Shown here: piece by piece, positions 38,644-48,315 of the stretch
How positions within the stretch are numbered: position 1 is the stretch's first letter
Layout: each line of letters starts with the position of its first letter
Assembly (NCBI GenBank): GCA_963817245.1
Contig: CAWFNQ010000001.1
Coordinates: 797,231-861,230 of the forward strand
DNA length: 64,000 nt
Direction of reading: 5' to 3'
DNA from: an uncultured Chloroflexia bacterium
Lineage (GTDB): Bacteria; Chloroflexota; Limnocylindria; Limnocylindrales; CSP1-4
Translations under genes and position numbers: made by a program
The notes under the pieces: generated by a model
The model's database searches: none
Told to the model about the DNA's origin: nothing
What the model saw: the letters and a program-made list of their open reading frames with translations, nothing else

Positions 38644-39847
38644 TTGACCGACCTCGTCGCCACCCCGCCCGCCGAGCCGTACCCCGCGGCGAAGGCCCGC
38701 CTCGCCGCGGATCGTCGAGGCCGCTCGCGACGAGATCCTCGACCTGTCGCATCGGATCCACGCGGACCCGGAGCCGGCGTACGAGGAGTTCCACGCCTCG
38801 GCCTGGGTCGCCGAGGCGCTGCGGCGGCACGGGTTCGACGTCGAGTACCCGGCCGGGCGCCTGGCCACGGCCATCCGGGCCGTCCGGCGGGGCGGCCGGG
38901 GCGGGACCGGCCCGCGGATCGCGATCCTCGCCGAGTACGACGCGCTGCCGGGGCTCGGGCACGGATGCGGCCACAACACGATGGCCGCCTCGGGGGTCGG
39001 CGCCGCGATCGCCCTGGCGACGATCGCCGATGACCTGCCAGGCGAGATCGTGTTCTTCGGGACCCCGGCCGAGGAGCGGGGGAGCGGCAAGGCGACGATG
39101 ATCGAGGACGGGCTCTTCGACGGCATCGACGCGGCGCTCATGTACCACCCATGTGACCGGAACCACGTGGCGAGCTGGCCGCTGGCCTCGGAGGACATCG
39201 AGGTCGTCTATCACGGGCAGGAGGCCCACGCGTCCTCGGATCCGTGGAAGGGCCGGAACGCGCTCGACGCGATGATCCTGCTCTTCACGTCGATCGGGTT
39301 GTGGCGCCAGCAGTTGCGCCAGTCGTCGCGGGTCCACGGGGTCATCCGTGAGGGCGGGACGGCCGCGAATGTCATCCCGGCGAGGACCGCGGCCTGGTTC
39401 ATGATCCGCAGCGACGACGAGGCGTACTACGAGGTCATGCGCGCCCGGTTCCAGGGACTGTGCGAGGCCGCGGCGCTCGCGACCGAGACCACGGTCGAGG
39501 TCACGTTCGCGGGTCGCGCCAGGACGATGCGCAACAACACGGTCCTCGCCGAGCGCTTCCGAGCGAACATGGCCGCCTACGGGATCGCGGATCAGGGCGA
39601 CGACGAGAACGCCGGCAGCACGGATATGGCGAACGTCAGCTGGGTCTGCCCGACGATCCACCCCGATCTGGCCATCGCCGACGAGGGCACGCCAGGCCAC
39701 TCCCCGGCGTTCCGCGACGCGGCGGTCACACCGCGCGCCGACGACGTCACGCTGCTCTCGGCGGTCCTGGTCGCACAGACGGCATACGAGCTCTTCGCGG
39801 ACCCCGAGTTGCTTGCCGCGGCCTGGGCCGAGTTCCGCAGCACCTGA
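38644..39847 (+). pseudogene. M20D-family amidohydrolase (AbgB/Acy1L2-like), +1 frame break after codon 22
   Basis: TTG 38644 with GAAGGAG SD gives MTDLVATPPAEPYPAAKARLAA. After the extra g38710 the next frame reads IVEAARDEILDLSHRIHADPE...ILAEYDALPGLGHGCGHN...FFGTPAEERGSGK. The main frame has no canonical start for 90 conserved codons. Confidence 0.8.
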
Positions 39848-39990
39848 CACTGCGGGAGTGCGCGCGCAAGCCCGAGTGCTACCATCCCGGCGCGCGCCCC
39901 GCTGGACGACGGGATCGAACCGGCGGCGCCCTCAGCGAGACGATGGGGAACACCGGCGCGGCACGGCCGCGCCCGTCTCGGGAGGTTCCG

Positions 39991-41100
39991 GTGGCCAAGC
40001 GCACGCAAGGCCGGTCCACGACGTCGGCCCGGTCGACGTCGTCCGCACCAGCATCGTCGTCGGCCGCACCCACGGGGTTCGCGGCACGGAACGGCTGGGA
40101 TCGTCCGTTCGAGGTCTATCACGACTTCGACCTCCCGACGTACGTCGGCCCGGTCTCGTTCATGAAGCTGCCCTGGGTCACGGAGCCCGCCGACCTCCGC
40201 CGCGAGCGCGTGGACGTAGCGATCGTCGGCGCGCCGTTCGACGACGCGGTGACCCACCGGCCCGGGACGCGCTTCGGCCCGCGGGCGATCCGTGAGGCGC
40301 AGTACACCTCGGGCATGATCCACTCCCTCCAGCTCGACGTGGATCCGTTCGACGTGCTCAACGTCGTCGACGCGGGCGACGCCAACGTCGTCCCGTCGTG
40401 GATCGAGCGGGCCCACGCGATGATCTTTCGCAAGGTCCGCGACGTCGCCGAGACGGGCGCGATCCCGATCATCCTCGGCGGCGATCACTCGATCACCTGG
40501 CCCGCCGCGAGTGCCATCGCCGAGGTGCGCGCCCCCAAGCGCGTCGGGATCGTCCATTTCGATGCCCATGCGGACACGGCGAACGACGCCTGGGGCGTGC
40601 TCGCCAGCCATGGCGCGCCGATGCGCCGGCTCATCGAATCCGGCGCGGTCGCGGGCAAGAACTTCGTGCAGGTCGGCCTCCGCGGCTACTGGCCGCCGCA
40701 GGCGACGTTCGACTGGATGAAGGCCCAGGGCCTGCGGTGGCACCTGATGCGCGAGATCGAGGAGCGAGGCGCCGAGGCGGTCATCGCCGACGCCATCGAC
40801 CAGGCGCTCGATGGCCCCGACCTCGTCTACCTCTCGCTCGACATCGACGTCATCGACCCCGGGATGGCGCCCGGGACCGGCACGCCCGAACCCGGCGGCA
40901 TGCTCACCCGCGAGGTCCTGCGCGCGATCCGCCAGATCGTCGGGGCCGTCGACCTGGCTGCGATGGACATCGTCGAGGTCTCGCCGCCCTACGATCATGC
41001 CGAGACCACGGCGATGGCGGCCAACCGGGCCGCACTCGAGGCCATCAGCGCCCTCGCCGTCCGCAAGCGCGCCGGCCTGCCGGTCCGCTGGGAGGGCTGA
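39991..41100 (+). CDS. Agmatinase / ureohydrolase (arginase) family
   Basis: GTG 39991 is 5 nt after GGAGG; alternative ATG 39943. VAIVGAPFDD, GGDHSITWP, VHFDAHADT, LSLDIDVIDPGMAPGTGTPEPGG. Confidence 0.88.
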   Translation: MAKRTQGRSTTSARSTSSAPASSSAAPTGFAARNGWDRPFEVYHDFDLPTYVGPVSFMKLPWVTEPADLRRERVDVAIVGAPFDDAVTHRPGTRFGPRAIREAQYTSGMIHSLQLDVDPFDVLNVVDAGDANVVPSWIERAHAMIFRKVRDVAETGAIPIILGGDHSITWPAASAIAEVRAPKRVGIVHFDAHADTANDAWGVLASHGAPMRRLIESGAVAGKNFVQVGLRGYWPPQATFDWMKAQGLRWHLMREIEERGAEAVIADAIDQALDGPDLVYLSLDIDVIDPGMAPGTGTPEPGGMLTREVLRAIRQIVGAVDLAAMDIVEVSPPYDHAETTAMAANRAALEAISALAVRKRAGLPVRWEG

Positions 41101-41104
41101 CGCC

Positions 41105-41908
41105 ATCCGCGACGATCCCTGGGGGACTCCGGATCGCGCGACGGCCGACGCGCTCGCCCGGTTCTACGACCTCGACCTCGTCGACGACCCGGGCGACCTC
41201 GACCTGTACCTCGCGCTCGCCGAACGGACCGGTGGACCGGTCCTCGAGCTCGCGGTGGGGACCGGGCGACTGGCCGTGCCGCTGGCCGCGGCGGGCGACC
41301 GGGTCACCGGGGTCGACCTGGATGGGGCCATGCTCGCCCGCGCTCGACGGCGGGCCGAGGCGGCCGGACCGGAGGTCGTCGAGCGCCTGACCCTCGTCGA
41401 GGCGGACCTGGTGGGACTGCGGCTCCCCGATGCCGGCCGGTTCGGGCTGGCGATCCTCGCCCTGAACTCGCTCATGGTCCTCGACGGCCGTGCGGCCCAG
41501 CGCGCGGCACTCGAGACCCTCGCGGCGCATCTCGCCCCCGGCGGGGTCGCGGCCGTCGATGTCTGGCTGCCCGACGCCGAGGACCTCGCCCAATTCGACG
41601 GCCGCGTGATCCTCGAGTGGCCGCGGCCCGACCCCGAGACCGACGACGTGGTGACCAAGGTCGGGTCCGCTCAGCACGACGCCGCGACCGCGACGGTCAC
41701 GCTGACGACGATCTTCGAGTCGGCCCGGCAGGGGTCGCCGGCGCGTCGGTGGGTCCGCCACGACCGGCTCCGGCTCGTCTCCGCCGACGAGCTCCGGACC
41801 TGGGCCGAGGACGCCGGGCTGGTGGTGGAGCTGCTCGCCGGCGGGTACGACCTGGGCGCACTCGGACCCGGTGCGGAACGAGCCGTCCTGATCGCGGTCA
41901 AGCCCTGA
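41105..41908 (+). CDS. Class I SAM-dependent methyltransferase (start codon unresolved)
   Basis: Motif I VLELAVGTGRLAVPLAAAGDRVTGVDLD. No ATG/GTG/TTG lies between the agmatinase stop and motif I. GGGAGGG at 41090-41096, then ATC 41105. The alternative ATG 40997 needs a 104-nt overlap. Confidence 0.7.
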   Translation: MRDDPWGTPDRATADALARFYDLDLVDDPGDLDLYLALAERTGGPVLELAVGTGRLAVPLAAAGDRVTGVDLDGAMLARARRRAEAAGPEVVERLTLVEADLVGLRLPDAGRFGLAILALNSLMVLDGRAAQRAALETLAAHLAPGGVAAVDVWLPDAEDLAQFDGRVILEWPRPDPETDDVVTKVGSAQHDAATATVTLTTIFESARQGSPARRWVRHDRLRLVSADELRTWAEDAGLVVELLAGGYDLGALGPGAERAVLIAVKP

Positions 41909-41988
41909 TCGATGGTCCGCCGCGGGTACTCGCGGGCCCGGACCTCTGAGGGACTTCCCCGAACGGAGCGCGTGGTATCGTCGGGCGG

Positions 41989-43137
41989 ATGGCTTCGAGT
42001 GACCAGACACGCCTGCTCATCGTCGAAGACGTGCCGCAGGTCGCCCAATACATCCGTGGTCTGCTCAACGCGCAGGCCAAGGTGAAGCTGCTCGATGTGC
42101 TCTCCGAGGGCGGCAAGGCCATCGCCCAGATCCAGGAGCTGCGTCCCGACGTCGTGATGGTCGACGCGCTCCTCCAGGGTCGGGTCAAGGGCCTCAACCT
42201 GGTCGACCAGATCCACAAGTCCGGTCTCGGCGTGCCGGTCATCGTCATGACCGTGCCGCAGAACCCGGTCGAGCCCAATCCCGATCGGGGGATCCACGGC
42301 GTCCTTTCGATGCCGTTCTCCGGATTCGACCTGATCAGCCGCATCGGCTCGGTCCGCAAGGCGTACGAGGCCGAGCAGGAGGCGGGCGGCACGCGGATCT
42401 TCTCGGTGTTCGCCCCCAAGGGCGGCGTCGGCAAGACCACGATCGCGTTCAACCTGGCCGTCTCGCTCGGTCAGCTCGAGCAGCGAACGGTCCTCATCGA
42501 CGGCAGCATCCAGTTCGGCGACCTGCGGGCGCTGCTCAAGGTGCCGACCGACGCCCCGTCGATCCTCGACCTTCCGACCGACCGCATCGCGGAGTCGGAC
42601 CTGGGCGACGTACTGTGGCGCGATCCCTCCGGGATCGACATCCTGCTCGCGCCGCCGCGGATCGAGATGGCCGAGATGGTCACCTCGCGCGACATCGAGA
42701 AGGTCCTGTCGCTGCTGCGCCGGGTCTATGGCGCGATCGTCATCGACATGTCGAGCCACCTCAACGACGTGAACCTCGCCTTCCTTGACGCGAGCGACAC
42801 GATCATCGAGATCGTCACGTACGATTCGACGACCATCCACAACACCGTCGCCATCGCCGACACCTTCCGCGCGATCGGCTATCCGGCCTCGAAGGTCCGC
42901 TACCTCATCAACCGGGCGGACTCCACCGGCGGGATCGACGCGAACACCCTCGAGCGGGCGCTCGGGCGGGTCCCGGAGCACCAGGTGATGTCCGACGGGC
43001 GGTTGGTCGTCCAGTCCAACAACGAGGGGGTGCCGTTCGTGCTGGCCAACCCGGCCGCCCCGATCAGCCAGGACCTCGCGCGCCTGGCGAGCGAGCTGCT
43101 GGGGTCGGTGCGGACGCCGGCGGCCGCGCTCCGCTAG
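41989..43137 (+). CDS. Response-regulator receiver domain fused to a CpaE/TadZ-like ParA/MinD ATPase
   Basis: REC: RLLIVEDVP...DVVMVDALL...VIVMT. ATPase: IFSVFAPKGGVGKTTIAFNLAVSLG (deviant Walker A). Confidence 0.82.
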   Translation: MASSDQTRLLIVEDVPQVAQYIRGLLNAQAKVKLLDVLSEGGKAIAQIQELRPDVVMVDALLQGRVKGLNLVDQIHKSGLGVPVIVMTVPQNPVEPNPDRGIHGVLSMPFSGFDLISRIGSVRKAYEAEQEAGGTRIFSVFAPKGGVGKTTIAFNLAVSLGQLEQRTVLIDGSIQFGDLRALLKVPTDAPSILDLPTDRIAESDLGDVLWRDPSGIDILLAPPRIEMAEMVTSRDIEKVLSLLRRVYGAIVIDMSSHLNDVNLAFLDASDTIIEIVTYDSTTIHNTVAIADTFRAIGYPASKVRYLINRADSTGGIDANTLERALGRVPEHQVMSDGRLVVQSNNEGVPFVLANPAAPISQDLARLASELLGSVRTPAAALR

Positions 43138-43144
43138 GGCATCC

Positions 43145-44005
43145 GTGTCCGATCCGCGGCCGATCGGGGTCTTCGACTCGGGGGTCGGTGGCCTCACCGT
43201 CCTCCGAGAGATCACCCGTCGGGCCCCGGCCGAGCCCACGGTCTATCTCGGGGACAACGCCCGCGCCCCGTATGGCGTGCGTACCGACGATGAGGTCCTG
43301 GCGTTCTCGATCCAGGCCCTCGATGCCCTCGTCGAGCACGACGTGAAGGCGCTCGTGGTCGCCTGCAACACCTCGACCGCCGTCGGGCTGAGTGCCTTTC
43401 GGCGCCGGTATGACCTGCCGGTCCTGGGGGTCATCCGGCCGGGCGCGGCCGCGGCCGCCCTGGCCACGAGAGCGCGCCGCGTCGGGGTCATCGCGACGCC
43501 CGCGACGATCCGCTCGCACGCCTACTTCACCTCGATCAAGGACGAGAACCCGGCGATCGAGGTGTACGAGCACGCCACGCCCGCGCTCGTACCGCTCGTC
43601 GAGGCCGGGTCGCTGAGCGGTCCGGCTGCCGAGACGACCGTGGCCGCGGCCCTGGCGCCGCTCGTCGGCGAACGGGATGCGGACGGCGAATTGATCTTCC
43701 CGCGGCCGCCCGGCGCGTCGATCGACACGCTGCTCCTGGGCTGCACGCACTACCCGCTCCTGGCGCCGCTCATCCAGGCCGTGGTCGGCGACGGGGTCGC
43801 GGTGGTCGACTCGGCGACGGCGACGGCATCGGCGGTCGCCCAGATGCTCGGCATCAACGGCCTCGAGGCGCCGGCGGCGTCCGAGGTCGCGCATCGCCAG
43901 CTCACGACCGGTGATCCGGGGCGGTTCCGCGAGATCGCGGCCCGGATGTTCGGCGACGAGTTCCCCGACGTGTCCTCGATCGACCTCGCCGTGGCGGCCC
44001 GATGA
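43145..44005 (+). CDS. murI: Glutamate racemase
   Basis: IGVFDSGVGGLTVL, VVACNTSTA, LGCTHYPLL. GTG start. Confidence 0.92.
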   Translation: MSDPRPIGVFDSGVGGLTVLREITRRAPAEPTVYLGDNARAPYGVRTDDEVLAFSIQALDALVEHDVKALVVACNTSTAVGLSAFRRRYDLPVLGVIRPGAAAAALATRARRVGVIATPATIRSHAYFTSIKDENPAIEVYEHATPALVPLVEAGSLSGPAAETTVAAALAPLVGERDADGELIFPRPPGASIDTLLLGCTHYPLLAPLIQAVVGDGVAVVDSATATASAVAQMLGINGLEAPAASEVAHRQLTTGDPGRFREIAARMFGDEFPDVSSIDLAVAAR

Positions 44006-45214
44006 GCGACCGGTCGGCGTCCCGCGGCCCGGCCTGGCGCGACGACCGCGTCTGGCAGGCCGGGTTCCTGATCGGGTCGGCGCTCGGCGCCGCGGCGACC
44101 GTCGTCGGTCGCCACGCGGAACGGTCCGCCCGCCGCGGCCTCGTCGACTGGCCCGCGGTCGAGCGCATCGCCATCGCCCGTCTCGCCTCGGCGCCGGGCA
44201 CGCTCTCGGCGGCACGAGCTGCGCGCCCTCGAGCCCGCCTATGTCGAGGCGATGGCCACGATCGTGCCGGCCCTCACCGACGCGCTCGGCACGGAGCTGC
44301 CGGGCGTGGTCGAACGCTCCGGCGTCGTCGATCGGGCCGGCTGGGTGCGTGCCAACACGGCGACCTTCGCATCGCTCATCGGCAAGCTCGAGGCGGACCT
44401 GCTCGACCAGGTCGTCCCGCCCGGCGGTGGCCTGGCCAAGGCGTCCATGGCGATCGCGAACCGCTGGGTCACCACCCGTCAGCTCGGCTACCTCCTGGGG
44501 TTCATGGGCTCGCGCGTCCTCGGCCAGTACGACCTCGCGTTGCTCTCCGCCGAGCAGACGCCCGGACGGCTGCTCTTCGTCGAGGAGAACATCCGGGCCA
44601 CCGCCGCGAGCCTGCGGGTGCCCGTCGGTCCGTTCCGGACGTGGATCGCCCTGCACGAGACGACCCACGCGTTCGAGTTCGAGGCCCACCCCTGGTTGCG
44701 GCCGTACCTGAGCTCGCGGCTCGAGCGCCAGCTGACGCTGTTCGGACGGGATGCCCGCGGCCTGGGTCGCGAGGCCTTGCGCGGTCTCGGGCGCACGCTG
44801 CGCGGCGAGGCCGACGGGGAGCACTGGATGGAGCGCCTCATGGGCGACGAACAGCGCCGGCTCTTCCGTGAGACACAGGCCGTGATGAGCCTGCTCGAGG
44901 GGTTCAGCGACTACGTGATGGACGAGGTCGGCAAGGGCCTCGTCCCGGACGTGGAGCAGATCAGCGCGAAGTTCCACGAGCGACGGAACCGGCGCTCGAC
45001 CTTCGAGCGCTCGATGCTCCGACTGACCGGCATGGACCTCAAGCTCGAGCAGTACAAGAAGGGCGAGCGCTTCGTGCGCGCCATCGCCGACGCGCGCGGC
45101 CGTGCCGCCCTGACCCGGCTCTGGGACGGGCCGGAGACGCTGCCACGGGACGGGGAGATCGAGGCGCCCGAGCGCTGGGTCGCACGCGTGATGGACGCGC
45201 CGGCCGGCGCGTGA
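44002..45214 (+). pseudogene. DUF2342 / zinc-dependent metalloprotease family protein, +1 frame break at 44212
   Basis: ORF 44002.. gives ...GLVDWPAVERIAIARLASAPGTLSA. After the extra g44212 the frame of ORF 44252..45214 reads HELRALEPAYVEAMATIV...ALHETTHAFEF (HExxH). Length is 3n+1. Confidence 0.8.
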
Positions 45215-45236
45215 GCGGGATGGCGGGTACCCGCGC

Positions 45237-46301
45237 ATGAGCGACCCCGAGCCGGTCGTTCGTCGCGCCGGCCCCGGGAGTGGACCCGGCGGGGCCCCGA
45301 CGGCGATCGCCCTGAGCCCGATCCTGTCCGCCCGCTACCGTGCCGGCGACCTGGAGCGGATCCGCGCCGCGGCACCCGGCGCTCGCCTCGTCACCGTGTC
45401 GGTCGAAGGCCTCGCCGACGGCCCGCTCGACGATGTCGAGGTGATGCTCCGCGGCTGGCTCGGCCCGGATGCGTTCGACCGGCTCCTGGCTCGCGCCCCG
45501 CGGCTGTCGTGGGTCCATTCGGCGACGTCCGGCGTGGAACGGGCCCTCACGCCCGCGGCGCGGCAGCGTGGCCTGGTCGTCACCAACGCCCGCGGGGTCT
45601 TCAGCCGGCCGATCGCGGAATACGTCGTGATGATGATCCTGGCGGTGAGCCGCCGGCTCCCGCAACTCCTCGAGCTCCAGCGTGAGCGGACCTGGCAGCC
45701 GCTCGAGGGGCGGGAGCTGCGCGACGTCACGGTCGGCATCGTCGGCCTGGGCTCGATGGGCCGGGCCGTCGCGTCGCTCGCGAGCGCCTTCGGTTGTCGC
45801 GTGGTCGCCGTTCGCCGCCATCCCGCCGCCGGAGAGGCCGGCACGGCCGGTGACGACGAGGCGGTCGGCGAGCTGCGACTGGCCCGGGTCGGCGGTCCCG
45901 AGACCCTGCCGGAACTGCTCGCGGAATCCGACTTCATCGTGCTCGCCGCGCCGCTCACGCCCGAGACCGAGGAGATGATCGACGACGAGACCCTGGCCTT
46001 GGTCAAGCCCGGTGCCTGGCTGATCAACGTCGCGCGCGGGCGCCTCGTGGACGAGCGGGCGCTGATCCGAGCCCTGCGCGACGGGCCCCTCGGCGGCGCG
46101 GTCCTCGACACGTTCCACGACGAACCCCTGCCGCCGATGTCGTCGTTCTACGACCTGCCCAACGTCATCGTCACGCCGCACACGGCCTGGTCGAGCAGCC
46201 GCGTGCTCGACCGGAGCGTCGAGCTCTTCTGCGACAACCTCCAGCGGTTCGCGACCGGCGAACCGCTGCTCAACGTCGTCGACCCGACAGCGGGCTACTG
46301 A
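45237..46301 (+). CDS. D-isomer-specific 2-hydroxyacid dehydrogenase family protein
   Basis: VGIVGLGSMGRAVA NAD motif, NVARGRLVDE, VTPHTAW. Confidence 0.85.
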   Translation: MSDPEPVVRRAGPGSGPGGAPTAIALSPILSARYRAGDLERIRAAAPGARLVTVSVEGLADGPLDDVEVMLRGWLGPDAFDRLLARAPRLSWVHSATSGVERALTPAARQRGLVVTNARGVFSRPIAEYVVMMILAVSRRLPQLLELQRERTWQPLEGRELRDVTVGIVGLGSMGRAVASLASAFGCRVVAVRRHPAAGEAGTAGDDEAVGELRLARVGGPETLPELLAESDFIVLAAPLTPETEEMIDDETLALVKPGAWLINVARGRLVDERALIRALRDGPLGGAVLDTFHDEPLPPMSSFYDLPNVIVTPHTAWSSSRVLDRSVELFCDNLQRFATGEPLLNVVDPTAGY

Positions 46302-46305
46302 CCTC

Positions 46306-46575
46306 ATGCAGTTCGGAGGCATCCAGATGGACGATTACCGCGTCCGACTCATCGACATCGCTCGCGAGCTCGCCGGTCCGATCCAGGACGAGGCGGCGTT
46401 CCTCCGGCGCTTCAGGGCGATCTATCAGCATCTCGCGGTCACGGTCGAGACCTCGGGAGGCGGGTCGCAGATCAATCCGATGGCGATGGGCATGGATCCA
46501 TTCATGCGGACGCCCGAGCAAGTCACCGAGCTCCTCGACCGGAGCGACGCCAACCTTCGCGAACTCGGAGGCTAA
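46306..46575 (+). CDS. Hypothetical small protein
   Basis: Starts 4 nt after the upstream stop. High GC3. No family recognised. Alternative ATG at 46327. Confidence 0.5.
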   Translation: MQFGGIQMDDYRVRLIDIARELAGPIQDEAAFLRRFRAIYQHLAVTVETSGGGSQINPMAMGMDPFMRTPEQVTELLDRSDANLRELGG

Positions 46576-46691
46576 GAGGCGCCGACCCGCGGGCCGGCAG
46601 GTCGCGTGCTTCGATCGAACCAGGAGCGCTCGCCGTCCGGGAGGCCGCCGCCGCGCCCGCCGGCTCCCCGCGCCCGCTACGCTTCCCGATC

Positions 46692-47795
46692 ATGCAGACC
46701 GCCATCGTCGGGCTTGCCGGGAGCGGCAAGACGACCGTCTTCAATACCCTGACCCGCGGCCACGCCGAGACCGGGGGCTTCGGCGGGGTGACGCTCAACG
46801 TCGGGGTCGTGAAGGTCCCCGATGCACGCCTCGACCGGCTGGCCGAGATCTTCAAGCCGAAGAAGACCGTCCACGCCGACGTCACCTACGTCGACCTGCC
46901 CGCCCCGCCACCATCGAGCGAGGGCCACGTCGGCACGGAGGAGCTGCCGGCGGACCATCTCGCGAGGCTGCGCGACTCGGATGCGCTGCTCCACGTCGTC
47001 CGGGCATTCGAGGACCCCGCCCATCCGCATCCCGAGGGCAGCGTCGACGCGGCGCGCGACCTCGAGCGGCTCGATCTCGAGTTCATCCTCGCCGACCTGA
47101 CCATGGCCGAGCGGCGGCTCGAGCGCCTGACGACGAGCGGGCGGCACGGGACGCCGGCCGAGCGCGAAGCCGCGGAGCGCGAGGAGGTCATCCTGAGCCG
47201 CATCCACGAGGGGCTCCAGGCCGGCCGACCGATCCGCGATCTCGGCCTCGACGCCGACGAGGAGAAAGCGATCCGCGGGTTCCGGTTCCTCTCGCAGAAG
47301 CCGGTCCTCGTCCTGCTCAACGTCGGTGAGGCCGATCTGGCGAACGCGCCGGCCGCCGTGGCCCGCATCGCAGCCGGCTACGACCACCACGACGCGATGG
47401 TCGATGCCTTGTCCGCCCGCATCGAGATGGAGCTCGGCGAGCTCGAACCCGACGAGGCCGCGGTGTTCATGGAGGAGCTCGGTATCGCCGAGTCCGGGCT
47501 GGACCGCGTGATCGCCCTGACCTACCGCCTGCTCGGGTTGATCTCGTTCCTGACCGCCGGACCGGACGAGGTCCGGGCCTGGCCGATCCATGACGGCTCC
47601 ACGGCCGTCGACGCCGCCGCGGCCATCCACACGGACCTGGCCAAGGGGTTCATCCGGGCGGAGACCGTCGCCTACGACGACCTCGTGAGCCTCGGCTCGA
47701 TCGCCGAGGCGCGCAAGCACGGCAAGCTGCGCTCCGAGGGCAAGACGTACCACGTCCGCGACGGCGACGTGGTCGAGATCCTCTTCAGCAAGTAG
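46692..47795 (+). CDS. ychF: Redox-regulated ATPase YchF (Obg-like)
   Basis: IVGLAGSGKTTVFNTLT P-loop. C-terminal TGS-like FIRAETVAYDDLV...GKTYHVRDGDVVEILF. Confidence 0.9.
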   Translation: MQTAIVGLAGSGKTTVFNTLTRGHAETGGFGGVTLNVGVVKVPDARLDRLAEIFKPKKTVHADVTYVDLPAPPPSSEGHVGTEELPADHLARLRDSDALLHVVRAFEDPAHPHPEGSVDAARDLERLDLEFILADLTMAERRLERLTTSGRHGTPAEREAAEREEVILSRIHEGLQAGRPIRDLGLDADEEKAIRGFRFLSQKPVLVLLNVGEADLANAPAAVARIAAGYDHHDAMVDALSARIEMELGELEPDEAAVFMEELGIAESGLDRVIALTYRLLGLISFLTAGPDEVRAWPIHDGSTAVDAAAAIHTDLAKGFIRAETVAYDDLVSLGSIAEARKHGKLRSEGKTYHVRDGDVVEILFSK

Positions 47796-47824
47796 ACACG
47801 CGGCGGCCGGCCCCGGCCGTCGAT

Positions 47825-48214
47825 CTAGTTGAGGCGGCCCCCAGGCTCGAAGTCGACCAGGACGGAACGGAAGTCGGTCCTGTCCTCGTCGTCATCGTCA
47901 TCATCGTCGTCGGCATCCTCCTCGGCGTCGGCCAGCTCGACCTCGAGCTCGGCGAGGAAGTTGTCGCTCTCGACCGTCGAGACGTTGACGGCCGCGACGA
48001 GCCGGTCGTCGCCGACGTAGACGAAGCCGTGCTCGCGCTCGAGCTCGACGGCGATCGCCTCGATGAGCGTATCGTGCTGGTAGGTGTCCTGGATCCGGCG
48101 ACGGATCGACTGGACGAGCTCGAAGAACTCGTCGGGCTCCCATTCGGATTCGCTCACGACGAGGACGTCCGAGTACACCTTGTCGTCGCCCTCGTGCAGT
48201 TCGTAGAAGAACAC
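47825..48214 (-). CDS. Hypothetical acidic protein with poly-Asp tract
   Basis: GTG start with GAGAGG SD. MFFYELHEGDDKVYSDVLVV...AEEDADDDDDDDDEDR. TATACT -10-like box about 40 nt upstream. No family recognised. Confidence 0.55.
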   Translation of the reverse strand: MFFYELHEGDDKVYSDVLVVSESEWEPDEFFELVQSIRRRIQDTYQHDTLIEAIAVELEREHGFVYVGDDRLVAAVNVSTVESDNFLAELEVELADAEEDADDDDDDDDEDRTDFRSVLVDFEPGGRLN

Positions 48215-48315
48215 CTTGGCCTCTCGATCGCGCGGGTTGGGGCGGCAGTATACGTCGGTGGTCCGGACCGCCCGGTCGGGCCTGTCGGGCCGGGACGGCC
48301 GCAGGGAGGGCTTGG

